From assembly GCA_963709305.1 (NCBI GenBank), contig CAVPWO010000003.1:49760-113759 (forward strand): a DNA stretch of 64,000 nt, given 5' to 3'. The first letter of the stretch is position 1; every line of letters begins with the position of its first letter. Of the stretch, positions 54,727-64,000 are shown piece by piece. The notes beneath the pieces were generated by a model. The model saw only the letters and a list, made by a program, of their open reading frames with translations, had not been told where the DNA came from and made no database searches. Source of the stretch: an uncultured Acidobacteriaceae bacterium. Lineage in GTDB: Bacteria > Acidobacteriota > Terriglobia > Terriglobales > Acidobacteriaceae. The translations under genes were made by a program, and so were the position numbers.

Positions 54727-57501
54727 GTGGCCTTTTTTGCAAGGTGCGCTACGCTGCTGACAACGTTCGCGCTGACGGCTGGCTTTACCGCATCGGCGTT
54801 TGGGCAGCGCTTCGCGAGGCCGGATGGTTCGGTCCCCGTGCCGAGAGATTGGAGCGCAAAGCATGTTCTCTTCACCGGGGGCTTCACCCCAGAGCAGGCA
54901 GCGCAGATGTGGAACGAGCCGCGGGCCTACGCACAGTGGCTTCTGCATGGGAATGCGCCGGAAGGTTCAGGCCTAGTGGGCAAGCCGCCAATGCCTCGAA
55001 GGCCGCGAAGGAAGGCACGGGGCGGCGCGATGAAAAAGGACTGGGCCGTTGCGCTGGGCGCCGGCGGCGTCGCTCAAGGCATGTCGCCCGCCAAGTACTC
55101 CTTCGACGTGAATGCGACGCCGAGCTGCAGTTCCGATTTCGTAGTATTCCCCATCAACGCGCCGACCCGGAACACGCGCGCCCACGTTGTCGGCACCTTC
55201 AGCGCCGAACCGGCAGCTGGCAACACTACGGCCATCACCGTTACTCCGACCGGCGGAACCGCAGTGACTCTGACGTTGACCTCATCGGCTATCTCGAACA
55301 CGGGGCTAAACTTCGAAGTTTCCAGTACGGTTGCCACCAATGCCACCAACCTGGCGGCGGCGATCAATCGTAATCTCAGTAGTACCGCTGTCGACCTTGT
55401 CGCGGCGGTTGCGTCGGGAAATACGATTACGGTATACGCGCTCACGCCAGGAACCCGCGTGACGCTGACTGATGCAAACACACTGACCAATTTCAGCTGG
55501 GGCACGGTCACTGCCGGGACCAACGGCGCGCAAGCCAACATCGTCGCCTTCAACCAACTCTACAGCGGGTCTGGGGCATCGCTGTGTGGTCTCACGAATC
55601 CGGAATTCATCTTTTCGTACGCCTCTGGGGTTGGCCCGGTCGCCACCTCGCCCGGCCTCTCGCTCGCTGGCACAAAGATCTCCTACGTCGAGAACGACCC
55701 GAACATCGGAGCGATCCTCCATGTTCTAACATTCGGCAGCGGTAGCACCGAGTACGGAGCCAGCGCCAGCTGCGCCAGTAACAACAACGGCGGAGCCACC
55801 TTGCCGACCTGCGCAACAAACCCGGTGATCCCCGGGAGCACATCCGGAAGCACCGCCACGGACTTCATGCTTCCTTTGGGTTTGGTTGCTGCCAATGCAG
55901 CCACCGGAGTGGCTGGCGCGGCGGATAGCTTCTCGTCCCCGTTCATCGACTACGCCACCGATACTACTTACGTCGGTGATAACAATGGCTTCCTGTATTC
56001 GATCACGCCGACATTCAACGGGACGCCAGCGTATGCGGGAGGGAATTTTCCGGTGCATGTAAGCCCCAGCCCTGCGTCGCTCACCCCAACTGGGGTGACG
56101 GCAACCACGACTGTAGTGACGGTCACGGTGACCAACACGCTTAGTATCGGAGAATTGGTTACCATCGCGGGCGTAACTGCTAACGCTGGCAACGGCTGCA
56201 CAGCGGCTGACGCCGCTGCCATCAATGGGACACAAACCGTTATTGCTGCAGGCTTAAGCGGAACACAGTTTGAATTCAACGCCACGATACCCAGCGCGAC
56301 TACGGGCACCGGCTGCACGATCGGCGGCGCGACGGCTATCCCAGGGTCTAACTTCCTCTCGGCCCCGGTGGTCGATGTGGGTGGCACGGGCAATATTTTT
56401 GTCGGCGATAGCAGTTCTAACCTCTACGCGTTGACGCCGGCCGGGGCTACCGCGGCGACGGCTCTTGCTCTCGGCGTCAACGGGGCGACGAACCAAGGTG
56501 CCATCAACGGCGGCATTCGCGACGCTGCCATCATTGACTCCACGAACGGGGTGGGGTATGTCGTAACCGCGTGTAACCCCAACACCACCGGCGAGGGCGA
56601 CACAGGAATAACGGGCAACACCGGCCTTGTCCAATTCAAATTCACCAGCAACACCCTGAGCGCAGCCGTGTACGCAGGTCTCGACACGGGAGCAAATCAA
56701 AGCTGTACGACCGCTGGCTTTCCAAACTATGCCCCCATCCCGGACGAACGCTACTATGCCTTGGGCATCACTAGTGCCACGGCGGCGAACAACGGAGAGA
56801 TAATCGGCGCCACCTCCGGCACCGGCGGCCAACAGTTCAAAGAATTACAGTTCGTTAGTTCCACCATGCAGGTAACGCCGCCCAACAACGACAAGCCTCA
56901 ACTGGGCACCAACGCTTCGGTCATATCGCCGCTCACCGAGTTCTTCAACACTCAGGTATTCGGGGTGACGGGGGTTACGGCAACTACAACCGTAGTCACG
57001 GTCACGGCGACTAACACACTCACTGCCAACGACCTGATCACGCTCTCGGGCGTAACTGCCAATCCTGCCAATGGTTGCAGCGCCAGCGACGTCAGTGCCA
57101 TCAATGGCGGACTACAGACTGTTGTTACGGCGAGCGCAACCCAGTTCACCTTCAACGCTACGATACCCACCGCGACTACCGGCGCCGGTTGCACGGTCAC
57201 GGGCGCAACGGCCACGGGCGGACCGGATTACCTGTTCGTAGGAGTGAATGCAAATCCAAGCGCAGTATATACTCTCCTTTTGCCCAGCTCGCTTCTCGTT
57301 GCCCAAGGCGTCGCGCCTACCAGTGTGGCAACGAACACCGCCGATATAGCTGGCGGGACAAGCGCCATGACCGTGGACAACGATTCCACCTCCGGGCAGG
57401 CGTCAAGCATCTACTTCGGTACCCTGGCGACGTCAACCACCATTTGCGGAATCACTGCCGCCTATTGCGCGGTCAAGCTGACGCAGGCCGGGTTGCAGTA
57501 G
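54727..57501 (+). CDS. large secreted T/A/G-rich beta-propeller-like protein with two inserted repeat domains
   Basis: GTG at 54727 lies 5 nt after GGAGGTG. Signal peptide ends ...FTASAFGQ. Blade-like motifs recur (YVGDNNGFLYSITP, IFVGDSSSNLYALTP, YLFVGVNANPSAVYTL). ORF-track start is 54688. Confidence 0.75.
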   Translation: MAFFARCATLLTTFALTAGFTASAFGQRFARPDGSVPVPRDWSAKHVLFTGGFTPEQAAQMWNEPRAYAQWLLHGNAPEGSGLVGKPPMPRRPRRKARGGAMKKDWAVALGAGGVAQGMSPAKYSFDVNATPSCSSDFVVFPINAPTRNTRAHVVGTFSAEPAAGNTTAITVTPTGGTAVTLTLTSSAISNTGLNFEVSSTVATNATNLAAAINRNLSSTAVDLVAAVASGNTITVYALTPGTRVTLTDANTLTNFSWGTVTAGTNGAQANIVAFNQLYSGSGASLCGLTNPEFIFSYASGVGPVATSPGLSLAGTKISYVENDPNIGAILHVLTFGSGSTEYGASASCASNNNGGATLPTCATNPVIPGSTSGSTATDFMLPLGLVAANAATGVAGAADSFSSPFIDYATDTTYVGDNNGFLYSITPTFNGTPAYAGGNFPVHVSPSPASLTPTGVTATTTVVTVTVTNTLSIGELVTIAGVTANAGNGCTAADAAAINGTQTVIAAGLSGTQFEFNATIPSATTGTGCTIGGATAIPGSNFLSAPVVDVGGTGNIFVGDSSSNLYALTPAGATAATALALGVNGATNQGAINGGIRDAAIIDSTNGVGYVVTACNPNTTGEGDTGITGNTGLVQFKFTSNTLSAAVYAGLDTGANQSCTTAGFPNYAPIPDERYYALGITSATAANNGEIIGATSGTGGQQFKELQFVSSTMQVTPPNNDKPQLGTNASVISPLTEFFNTQVFGVTGVTATTTVVTVTATNTLTANDLITLSGVTANPANGCSASDVSAINGGLQTVVTASATQFTFNATIPTATTGAGCTVTGATATGGPDYLFVGVNANPSAVYTLLLPSSLLVAQGVAPTSVATNTADIAGGTSAMTVDNDSTSGQASSIYFGTLATSTTICGITAAYCAVKLTQAGLQ
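56092..56337 (+). repeat. intragenic repeat unit 1 (~82 aa, two conserved Cys)
   Basis: GVTATTTVVTVTVTNTLSIGELVTIAGVTANAGNGCTAADAAAINGTQTVIAAGLSGTQFEFNATIPSATTGTGCTIGGATA. Confidence 0.85.
56971..57213 (+). repeat. intragenic repeat unit 2
   Basis: GVTATTTVVTVTATNTLTANDLITLSGVTANPANGCSASDVSAINGGLQTVVTASATQFTFNATIPTATTGAGCTVTGATA. Confidence 0.85.
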
Positions 57502-57586
57502 TTCGCCCTCATCGAACGAATAGGCTCTTCAGAAAGCTGCCTTATCGTTCAGAGGAGATAGGACTCCGCGAGTTTAGAGTGCGCAA

Positions 57587-57620
57587 GAAAAAACACCCCG
57601 GCTTTTGACCGGGGCGTTTG
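57587..57620 (-). terminator. terminator hairpin ccccgg-cttttga-ccgggg (T tract on minus strand, serves glnA)
   Basis: On the minus strand the stem is followed by tgttttttct. It lies between convergent genes. Confidence 0.6.
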
Positions 57621-57636
57621 GCAGACCTGCAGCAAT

Positions 57637-59067
57637 CTAAAACAAATTCCACAGGAACTGGTTGTAGACCTCGTGGTGGAACTGGACTTCCTGCGCTTTG
57701 ATCAAGGTTCCCAGGGCGCGGGGGCAGCGGTCGGCGGAGGCTTGCTTCAGGTCGGCGTAGCGGCCCTTTACATCTTCTCCGAGCAAAGTGTTGATCCACT
57801 CAGCCTTTCTGAAGTTCGTGAGAGCGTCGTAGATGTTATCGGGCAGGTAGCGCTCGGCTTGGCGCAGATTTTTGATCTTGGCGGTGTCACCGTCGAGGCC
57901 GGTTTTGAAGATCGCGAGCATCACCATGTAGGGATTTGCATCCGGAGCTACTGAGCGAACCTCGACGCGCATGCTCTTCTCGTTGCCGATAGGTATGCGA
58001 ATCATGGATCCGCGATCGACGGCGGACGCCTTGATCTGGTTGGGCGCTTCGAAGTGGGGATCGAGGCGGCGATAGGCATTCACGCTGGGATTCAGCAGCA
58101 GGCAAATGTCGTTGCCGTGGGTAAGGATGCGGTCGATGAAGGCCCATCCCATCTTGCTGAGCTTTTCTTCGCCCTTGGCATCCCAAAACAAGTTCTTGCC
58201 GTCTTCGCTGATGGAAACGTTGGTGTGCATGCCGCTGCCGTTCACGCCGATGACGGGCTTGGGCAGGAAGGATGCAGTGAGTCCCATGTTGGTAGCGACC
58301 TGGCGGCAGATCAGCTTGTAGAGCTGAATCTGGTCGGCGGCGGCTACAACCTCGCCGTAGCCGTAGTTGATTTCAAACTGCGAGGGCGCGACCTCCGGAT
58401 GGTCTTTTTCGTTCTGGAATCCCATGGCCCGCTGCACTTCCGCGGTCGTGTCGATAAAGGTGCGCAGCGGATCGCCGGGAAGGGAATGGTAGTATCCGCC
58501 GGTGTTGACATATTCGAACTCGCTGGTTTCGTGATAGTGGCGCTCGGCGTCCGGGCCCTTAAAGAGGAATCCTTCAATCTCGTTGGCGGCGTTGAGGGTG
58601 TAGCCTTTCTTCTTGTGGAGATCTTCGGCGTAATTTTTGAGCACGCCGCGAATGTCGCCGGAATAAGATGTTCCACCCTTGTCGATGACCTCGCCGAAGA
58701 CCAACACTTTGCCGGAGCCGAAGACATCGGCCGGAGCCCAGTAGAATGCGCCCCAGTCAATGCCCAGGCGAAGATCGCTTTCGCGCTGCGCGGTGAAGCC
58801 GCGGATCGAGGAGCCATCGAAGGTGAGGTTGTCCCAGCTCTTGAGCAGGAACTTCTTGTCGTAGTCGAGCATGTGTAACCGGCCTTCGAGATCGCTGAAG
58901 AGCACAGTCACGGCCTTAATCCGCTTCTCGTCGGTCAGGTACTTGAGGCGATCCTCTTGCACCTTGTGAGATGCGACGCGGTTCCTGCGCTGGTCTTTGG
59001 CCTTGATGTTGAGTTCTTCCAGTTCGTCGTATGAGAGCGCCAGGAAATTGCGCAGTTCGGTGGGCAT
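57637..59067 (-). CDS. glnA: glutamine synthetase family protein
   Basis: 476-aa ORF with a beta-grasp N-domain and catalytic-domain motifs (KPVIGVNGSGMHTNVS, NPSVNAYRRL, MRVEVRSVAPDANPY). Confidence 0.9.
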   Translation of the reverse strand: MPTELRNFLALSYDELEELNIKAKDQRRNRVASHKVQEDRLKYLTDEKRIKAVTVLFSDLEGRLHMLDYDKKFLLKSWDNLTFDGSSIRGFTAQRESDLRLGIDWGAFYWAPADVFGSGKVLVFGEVIDKGGTSYSGDIRGVLKNYAEDLHKKKGYTLNAANEIEGFLFKGPDAERHYHETSEFEYVNTGGYYHSLPGDPLRTFIDTTAEVQRAMGFQNEKDHPEVAPSQFEINYGYGEVVAAADQIQLYKLICRQVATNMGLTASFLPKPVIGVNGSGMHTNVSISEDGKNLFWDAKGEEKLSKMGWAFIDRILTHGNDICLLLNPSVNAYRRLDPHFEAPNQIKASAVDRGSMIRIPIGNEKSMRVEVRSVAPDANPYMVMLAIFKTGLDGDTAKIKNLRQAERYLPDNIYDALTNFRKAEWINTLLGEDVKGRYADLKQASADRCPRALGTLIKAQEVQFHHEVYNQFLWNLF

Positions 59068-59264
59068 GGATGTCCTTAATCTCCTTCGCGTGGAACCTTA
59101 TGATTTGGCAAAACCGTACTGCCGGTACAAGGGAGTTGAAATGGCTGGTTTCAACACGCTGAGTTGGAACACGAAAGAATAGCGCGGGACACGGGTACTC
59201 GCCAATCGAAAAAGCTGATGAGACGCATAAAAGAGATTTATTCGGGAGTGGGTTTGAATCTCCT

Positions 59265-60185
59265 TCAGAATTTCGATGTCACTAGCGAAGCGACCATCCA
59301 GTCATTCATGGGATTCAGGGCTCCGCAGTCGAGGCACTTCGTCTGAGGGAACTGTGTGCCGCAGCGGGGACAGACCTCCCGGGTTTGGAAGGTGTCGAAT
59401 GGCTGGCCGCATTTTCCGCACGTCCAGAACTCGCCTACCGGCGGCGCTGTCTTACAGGCCGGGCAGGCAAAGCCATCGCGGCGCGGAAGTTTTGCAAACC
59501 GTGATAGAGCTTGCGCCTGCTTGAGACCGCCCCAACAACTCATCAGCATAAAAAGAGCGATCGCGCCCAACCAGACATCTTGCTTCCACAGGGCTAGACC
59601 GATGAAACCCACAACGCCGATCAATCCGATGATTGCGGCCACCATGAGGCTGCGAGCGCGCCCCAGCACAAACCAGAGCAGGGAGCGAAGGATCTGGCCG
59701 CCATCGAGAGGATAAATCGGCAGGATATTGAAAACTAACAATAAGACATTGATCTGCAAGACAGCCTGTACGAACTGGTATAGATCGGGCCAGGATTCCG
59801 CCCATCCTAGAGACTGGCCCACCATCAATACTGCGTAAGAAATTGGCAGGAGCGCTACATTGACCAGCGGTCCGGCTGCGATGCTCCACAGAGTGGCGCC
59901 GGGCCGTGGCGGAGGATCCACATAGGCCACGCCACCGAGCGGCCACAGTACAATTCGATTCGCTGTTCCTCCGACTTGTCGGCAAGCCAGGGCATGTCCG
60001 AACTCATGAATCATCACAATCAAGAACAGCGCCAGATACTCCAACACATTCCAGGCGACGGAGGAATAACTGCCTTTTCGCGTCTGGATTTCATATGCGG
60101 CCACCAGAAACCACGACCAGTGGAGGAATACATCGATCCCGCTGAAGCGGAACAGGCGGATCGATCCTTGGCTTGCGCTGGGCAT
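59265..60185 (-). CDS. M50-family (site-2 protease-like) membrane metalloprotease with C-terminal double zinc ribbon
   Basis: HEFGHAL is the HExxH motif. It has multiple TM segments. The C-terminus is CPACK...CGKCG...CPRCG...CLDCG (8 Cys). Confidence 0.8.
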   Translation of the reverse strand: MPSASQGSIRLFRFSGIDVFLHWSWFLVAAYEIQTRKGSYSSVAWNVLEYLALFLIVMIHEFGHALACRQVGGTANRIVLWPLGGVAYVDPPPRPGATLWSIAAGPLVNVALLPISYAVLMVGQSLGWAESWPDLYQFVQAVLQINVLLLVFNILPIYPLDGGQILRSLLWFVLGRARSLMVAAIIGLIGVVGFIGLALWKQDVWLGAIALFMLMSCWGGLKQAQALSRFAKLPRRDGFACPACKTAPPVGEFWTCGKCGQPFDTFQTREVCPRCGTQFPQTKCLDCGALNPMNDWMVASLVTSKF

Positions 60186-60352
60186 TTGGGCAGTTTAATT
60201 GATTCGTCCTCATTCCTCTAATGAAGTGAGCGGAGGTCGTCTTGCGAAAATGACATTCCCTCTTTGTTGCAGCGGGTCCGCGTGCCACGGCTGTGCGGGA
60301 CGAATGCGTCCGGGGCTACGTGTTTCGTTAACGATCATGCCGACACTTGAGA

Positions 60353-61015
60353 TTACTGGCGGTGGGCTGAGGCGCCGGCGGCCAACTCGCGCAGTGTGGT
60401 TAGGAACCCGGCGGCCGTCTTCGGATCATAGAGCGAATCGAGGGATATGGTGGCGGAAAATTGTGGAGACTCAGGACGAAAGCGGACTTGCAACACATCC
60501 TGCTGGCGCACGGTCATTAGCGTGTTGAGTTCGGGTGTGGAATCCTGCTTCCAGTGAGTGCGGGTGGTGAGAACGATGGGGCCGGGTTCGTAGATGTCCC
60601 ATTCGCGTTCATCGCGGCGGAGAGCGCTGACTCCGCGGCTGTGGGCGCACCAGCGATGGCGCACCACCTCGAGATGAAAGCTGGGCGAGCCGCCCAGATC
60701 GGCCTCGAAGGTTAGCGTCTCTTTCTGTTTGTGCACGCAACTGAGGAGCCAGTGGATTGGCAAGGCGCGCGGGCGGAACTTCATAGTGACGTTGGCGTTT
60801 TCGAAGCTGCGAGAAGGGAACTGGATGCGGGCATGGAGCCGGTGGCTGTTGAGCCAGCGCCAATCGAGGATGCGTCCTTTACCGGCGCACGCCGACTGCA
60901 CCCAGCGCAACGCCTCGGTACCTTTGCGGCGGTTGTAAGCGGCGAACAGGAAATACCAGATCCCCAGGACCGCAACCGCGCAGACGACGTCGATGACTAA
61001 CAGGCGTCCCACCAC
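60353..61015 (-). CDS. membrane-anchored hypothetical protein
   Basis: 220-aa ORF with a single N-terminal TM segment (LLVIDVVCAVAVLGIWYFLFAAY) and no recognisable motif. Confidence 0.6.
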   Translation of the reverse strand: MVGRLLVIDVVCAVAVLGIWYFLFAAYNRRKGTEALRWVQSACAGKGRILDWRWLNSHRLHARIQFPSRSFENANVTMKFRPRALPIHWLLSCVHKQKETLTFEADLGGSPSFHLEVVRHRWCAHSRGVSALRRDEREWDIYEPGPIVLTTRTHWKQDSTPELNTLMTVRQQDVLQVRFRPESPQFSATISLDSLYDPKTAAGFLTTLRELAAGASAHRQ

Positions 61016-61162
61016 GTCTCACACAGTCCTCTGATGCTGATGGTACGTCCGAGGTTGCGACCGAGGCAAGGGGCAATCGGCGCCCATGAAAGTTTTTTCC
61101 CAGATGCGTTGTAATGGCTGTGGAAAACACTTCCCGCGCGTTAAGGCTTCCCGCAACACGCC

Positions 61163-61660
61163 TTGGCAAACGCGGGCGTTGCGCCCCGTTACAATGTCGC
61201 CGTGGCTTTCGTCATCCGCGCCTTCGAGGCTGAAGACTTTGAAACGTTGTGGCGCATCGACCAGGAATGCTTCCCGCCGGGAATCTCGTACTCAAGGGAG
61301 GAACTGAAGTTTTACATGGGCCGGCGCGGGTCGTTCACCTTGGTCGCCGGCGATCCTGAAAATGGGAACATAGCGGGGTTCATCGTAGTGCATGAGGGCA
61401 TGCACGAAGGCGCGGTCGGACACGTCATTACCATCGACGTGATTTCGACGGCGCGCCGCTCGGGCGTAGGATCGCTGCTGCTGCGAGCCGCCGAGGATCG
61501 CCTGCGGGCTCGCGGATCGCACGCCGTGGGACTGGAAACCGCTGTGGACAACCTGGGTGCCCTGGCGTTTTACAAGCGACACGGCTACAACGTAATCAGA
61601 ACCTGGCCGCGCTACTATTCAAACGGCGTGGACGCGCTGGTGATGCGGAAAAAATTGTAG
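61163..61660 (+). CDS. GNAT-family N-acetyltransferase (RimI-like)
   Basis: RRSGVGSLLLRAAEDRLRARG is the acetyl-CoA binding motif A. The true start may be the in-frame GTG at 61202. Confidence 0.8.
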   Translation: MANAGVAPRYNVAVAFVIRAFEAEDFETLWRIDQECFPPGISYSREELKFYMGRRGSFTLVAGDPENGNIAGFIVVHEGMHEGAVGHVITIDVISTARRSGVGSLLLRAAEDRLRARGSHAVGLETAVDNLGALAFYKRHGYNVIRTWPRYYSNGVDALVMRKKL

Positions 61661-61708
61661 CGGCGGTATGGCTTCTGAAGATAACTTGTCCTAACCCGGA
61701 AAAATGAC

Positions 61709-62554
61709 ATGAAGGTTGCCATCCAGGGGGAACTCGGTTCATTCAGTCACGAAGCGGCGGAACGGATGCTGCCGCGGTGCACGGTTGTCCCGTGCCCTCG
61801 ATCCGTCGAAGTTTTCGATCGCGTCGAGCACGGATCGGTTGGAGCTGCGGTCATCCCGATCGAGAACACGCTGGCCGGAACCGTGGCGGAGCACGCCGAC
61901 CTGATGCTGACGCGCGGAGTTTTTATTCAGGCAGAATATCTGTTGCGCATCGTGCACAATGTGATCGCCGCGCCTGGGGTACGCATTGGATCGCTGCGAC
62001 GCGTACTGTCGCATCCCGTGGCTCTCGACCAGTGCCGGGACTTTTTTCAAAGGCATCCGAAAATCGAAGCGGTTCCGTTTTACGACACGGCGGGCAGCGT
62101 GAAGCACGTGATTGCTAACGGGTTGAAAGATGCTGCAGGAATTGCCGGACGCCAAGCTGCACGGGAATACTCCGGCAGCATTCTTGAATCCGGCATTGAA
62201 GACGACAAGAATAATTTCACTCGCTTCTTTTTGATTCGCAAGCTGGGCGGGGCCAGGCAGAAGAAGGGAAGTAAGGACTATCATCGCCTGATTCCTCGGG
62301 GCGCGAACAAGACGTCGATCGCTTTCCAGGTGAAGAATGTGCCGGGCGCGCTTTTTAAGTCGCTGAGTGTTTTTGCCTTGAGAGATATAAGCCTGAGCAA
62401 GATCGAGTCCCGGCCTATGCGGGGACGGCCTTGGGAGTATGTCTTCTACGTGGATTTTCTGCGCGCCGACGATGAGCCGGCACGCAATGCCCTGCGACAT
62501 CTTGGAGAAGTTGCTGAGTTCGTGAAAGTGCTGGGAATCTATCCGGCGGCCTAA
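61709..62554 (+). CDS. pheA: prephenate dehydratase
   Basis: PDT domain (IPIENTLAGTV) plus a C-terminal ACT domain (TSIAFQVKNVPGALFKSLSVFALRDISLSKIESRP). Confidence 0.9.
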   Translation: MKVAIQGELGSFSHEAAERMLPRCTVVPCPRSVEVFDRVEHGSVGAAVIPIENTLAGTVAEHADLMLTRGVFIQAEYLLRIVHNVIAAPGVRIGSLRRVLSHPVALDQCRDFFQRHPKIEAVPFYDTAGSVKHVIANGLKDAAGIAGRQAAREYSGSILESGIEDDKNNFTRFFLIRKLGGARQKKGSKDYHRLIPRGANKTSIAFQVKNVPGALFKSLSVFALRDISLSKIESRPMRGRPWEYVFYVDFLRADDEPARNALRHLGEVAEFVKVLGIYPAA

Positions 62555-62785
62555 GCTGGTGGCACCTTTCTACGAAACTAATGAGTTCCCAAGAAACTAG
62601 TGGGGTTCCCAATTTAGGGCTTGGCAAGAATGGACCCTCGGCGTTAGCCTCGGTACCTTCGGTACGTTCCACTGAGCACGTAACCGAATAGAATTCAAGC
62701 TCTTGCGGGAATCCCTTCCGGCACCTGAAACCTTTGCCGGAGGAATAACATCTAAACTTGAGCGAGTTACACTCAAGGAGACATA

Positions 62786-64000
62786 ATGAGTCAGCAGCCG
62801 CCCGTCGAGCGCACTCCTAAGAATAAGGAAACAAACGAGCAAAAGGCTCTTCCCGTGCTTCCAGTGCGGGACACGGTGCTGTTCCCGCATGCCGTTTTAC
62901 CTTTGACCGTGGGCAGGGAGAGCTCCGTTCAGCTGATTAATTCTCTTGGCGAAGACAAGACCATCATTGTGGTGGCGCAGCGCGAGGCGCGCGTGGATTC
63001 CCCGCAGCCCAGCGATCTGTATACGGTGGGGACGTCCGCCGTGGTGCACAAAGTCGTCAAGATGCCCAACCAGAGTTTGTTTGTTTTTGCGGAAGGTCTG
63101 GAACGGGTAAAGCTCGGCGAATTCACCCAACTGGCACCTTTCATGATCTCCCACTATTCCACGCTGCCTGAGGGGACCACACCAGTCGCGACCTCGGAGA
63201 TCGAAGCGCTGCAGCGCAATGTGCTGACTCTGTTTCAGCAGATCGTCGCCGGTTCCCCCACCTTGTCGGATGAACTTTCCACTGTAGCCATGAACATTGA
63301 CGAGCCGGGGCGTCTGGTGGATTTCATCGCCTCGTCCTTGCCGTCGTTGTCGACGCCCGACAAGCAGGACACGCTGGAGACCCTCGAGGTCCACGTGCGT
63401 CTGGAAAAAATCAACCAGCATCTGGCCAAGGAACTCGAAGTCCAGCAACTGCGCAACAAAATTCAAAGCGAAGTGCAGGACCGCGTGCAGCAGACGCAAC
63501 GCGAATATTACCTGCGGGAACAGATGAAGGCCATCCAGAAAGAGCTGGGAGAACAAGATGAAGGCCAGCGCGATGTTGAGGATCTGAAAAAGAAAATCGA
63601 AGAAGCGGGTATGCCTGACGAAGTGAAGAAAGAGGCGCTCAAGGAATTGGGTCGGCTCTCCCGGATGTCACCGATGGCGGCCGACTATTCGCTTACCCGC
63701 AACTACATTGAATGGCTGGCGGTTTTGCCGTGGGCGAAGACTTCCGGGCAGGAAATCGAGATTCCGAAGGCAAAGGAAATTCTGGATGCGGACCACTACG
63801 ATCTGGAGAAAGTCAAAGACCGCATTCTCGACTATCTTTCCGTTCGGCGGCTGAAGCCGAATATGAAGGGGCCGATTCTGTGCTTTGTTGGACCTCCGGG
63901 CGTGGGAAAGACTTCGCTGGGCAAGTCGATTGCGCGTGCCTTGGGCCGCAAGTTCGTGCGGCTTTCGCTCGGCGGCGTGCACGACGAGGCGGAAATTCGC
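62786..64000 (+). CDS. lon: ATP-dependent Lon protease, N-terminal part (runs off the window)
   Basis: ATG lies 5 nt after AAGGAG. Has the Lon N-domain ([23 protein letters not shown]), a coiled coil, and Walker A ([15 protein letters not shown]) at the window end. Confidence 0.95.
   Translation, partial: MSQQPPVERTPKNKETNEQKALPVLPVRDTVLFPHAVLPLTVGRESSVQLINSLGEDKTIIVVAQREARVDSPQPSDLYTVGTSAVVHKVVKMPNQSLFVFAEGLERVKLGEFTQLAPFMISHYSTLPEGTTPVATSEIEALQRNVLTLFQQIVAGSPTLSDELSTVAMNIDEPGRLVDFIASSLPSLSTPDKQDTLETLEVHVRLEKINQHLAKELEVQQLRNKIQSEVQDRVQQTQREYYLREQMKAIQKELGEQDEGQRDVEDLKKKIEEAGMPDEVKKEALKELGRLSRMSPMAADYSLTRNYIEWLAVLPWAKTSGQEIEIPKAKEILDADHYDLEKVKDRILDYLSVRRLKPNMKGPILCFVGPPGVGKTSLGKSIARALGRKFVRLSLGGVHDEAEIR

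Noticed and set aside
59105-59125. Possible sigma54 (-24/-12) promoter upstream of glnA (minus strand ccGGcagtacggttttGCc).
   Set aside because: The GG-to-GC spacing is 12 nt instead of the required 10, so it does not fit the TGGCAC-N5-TTGC consensus.
62555-62785. CIRCE (HrcA operator) or sigma32 promoter upstream of lon.
   Set aside because: No match to TTAGCACTC-N9-GAGTGCTAA or to CTTGAAA/CCCCAT boxes was found by eye.

Overview
This is a high-GC bacterial chromosomal segment. Gene content suggests an Acidobacteriota-like soil bacterium: a TonB-dependent receptor over 1100 aa with a carboxypeptidase-regulatory-like N-terminus, a DUF1800/DUF1501 pair, and futalosine-pathway mqnA. This placement is inference only. 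I count about 60 protein genes, mostly core functions: lpxD, lnt, prfB (with the classical programmed +1 frameshift), rarA, mqnA, dprA, topA, bioY, nuoB, glnA, pheA and a partial lon. There are also signalling proteins (GAF-PP2C, GAF-HD-GYP, HK/RR), an ABC exporter and several hydrolases. I saw no rRNA, tRNA, CRISPR array, transposase, integrase or recognisable defence system. Six observations stand out. (1) A family of period-7 tandem word arrays, often in inverted pairs, sits exactly at gene 3' ends. (2) A four-helix-bundle (23S rRNA IVS-protein family) gene bracketed by such arrays is wedged between dprA and topA. (3) An XRE-headed NfeD / DUF1648 / flotillin / PspA membrane-stress island is present. 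(4) Five single-base +1 reading-frame breaks occur in otherwise conserved genes (lnt twice), all in short homopolymers; these are either assembly errors or pseudogenisation. (5) A ghost duplicate of the 3' end of an orphan OppC-type permease lies just downstream of that gene. (6) A 937-aa secreted beta-propeller-like protein with two inserted Cys-pair repeats follows a ~650-bp AT-rich leader. I did not find convincing evidence for a discrete, novel multi-gene system, so candidates carry modest scores.
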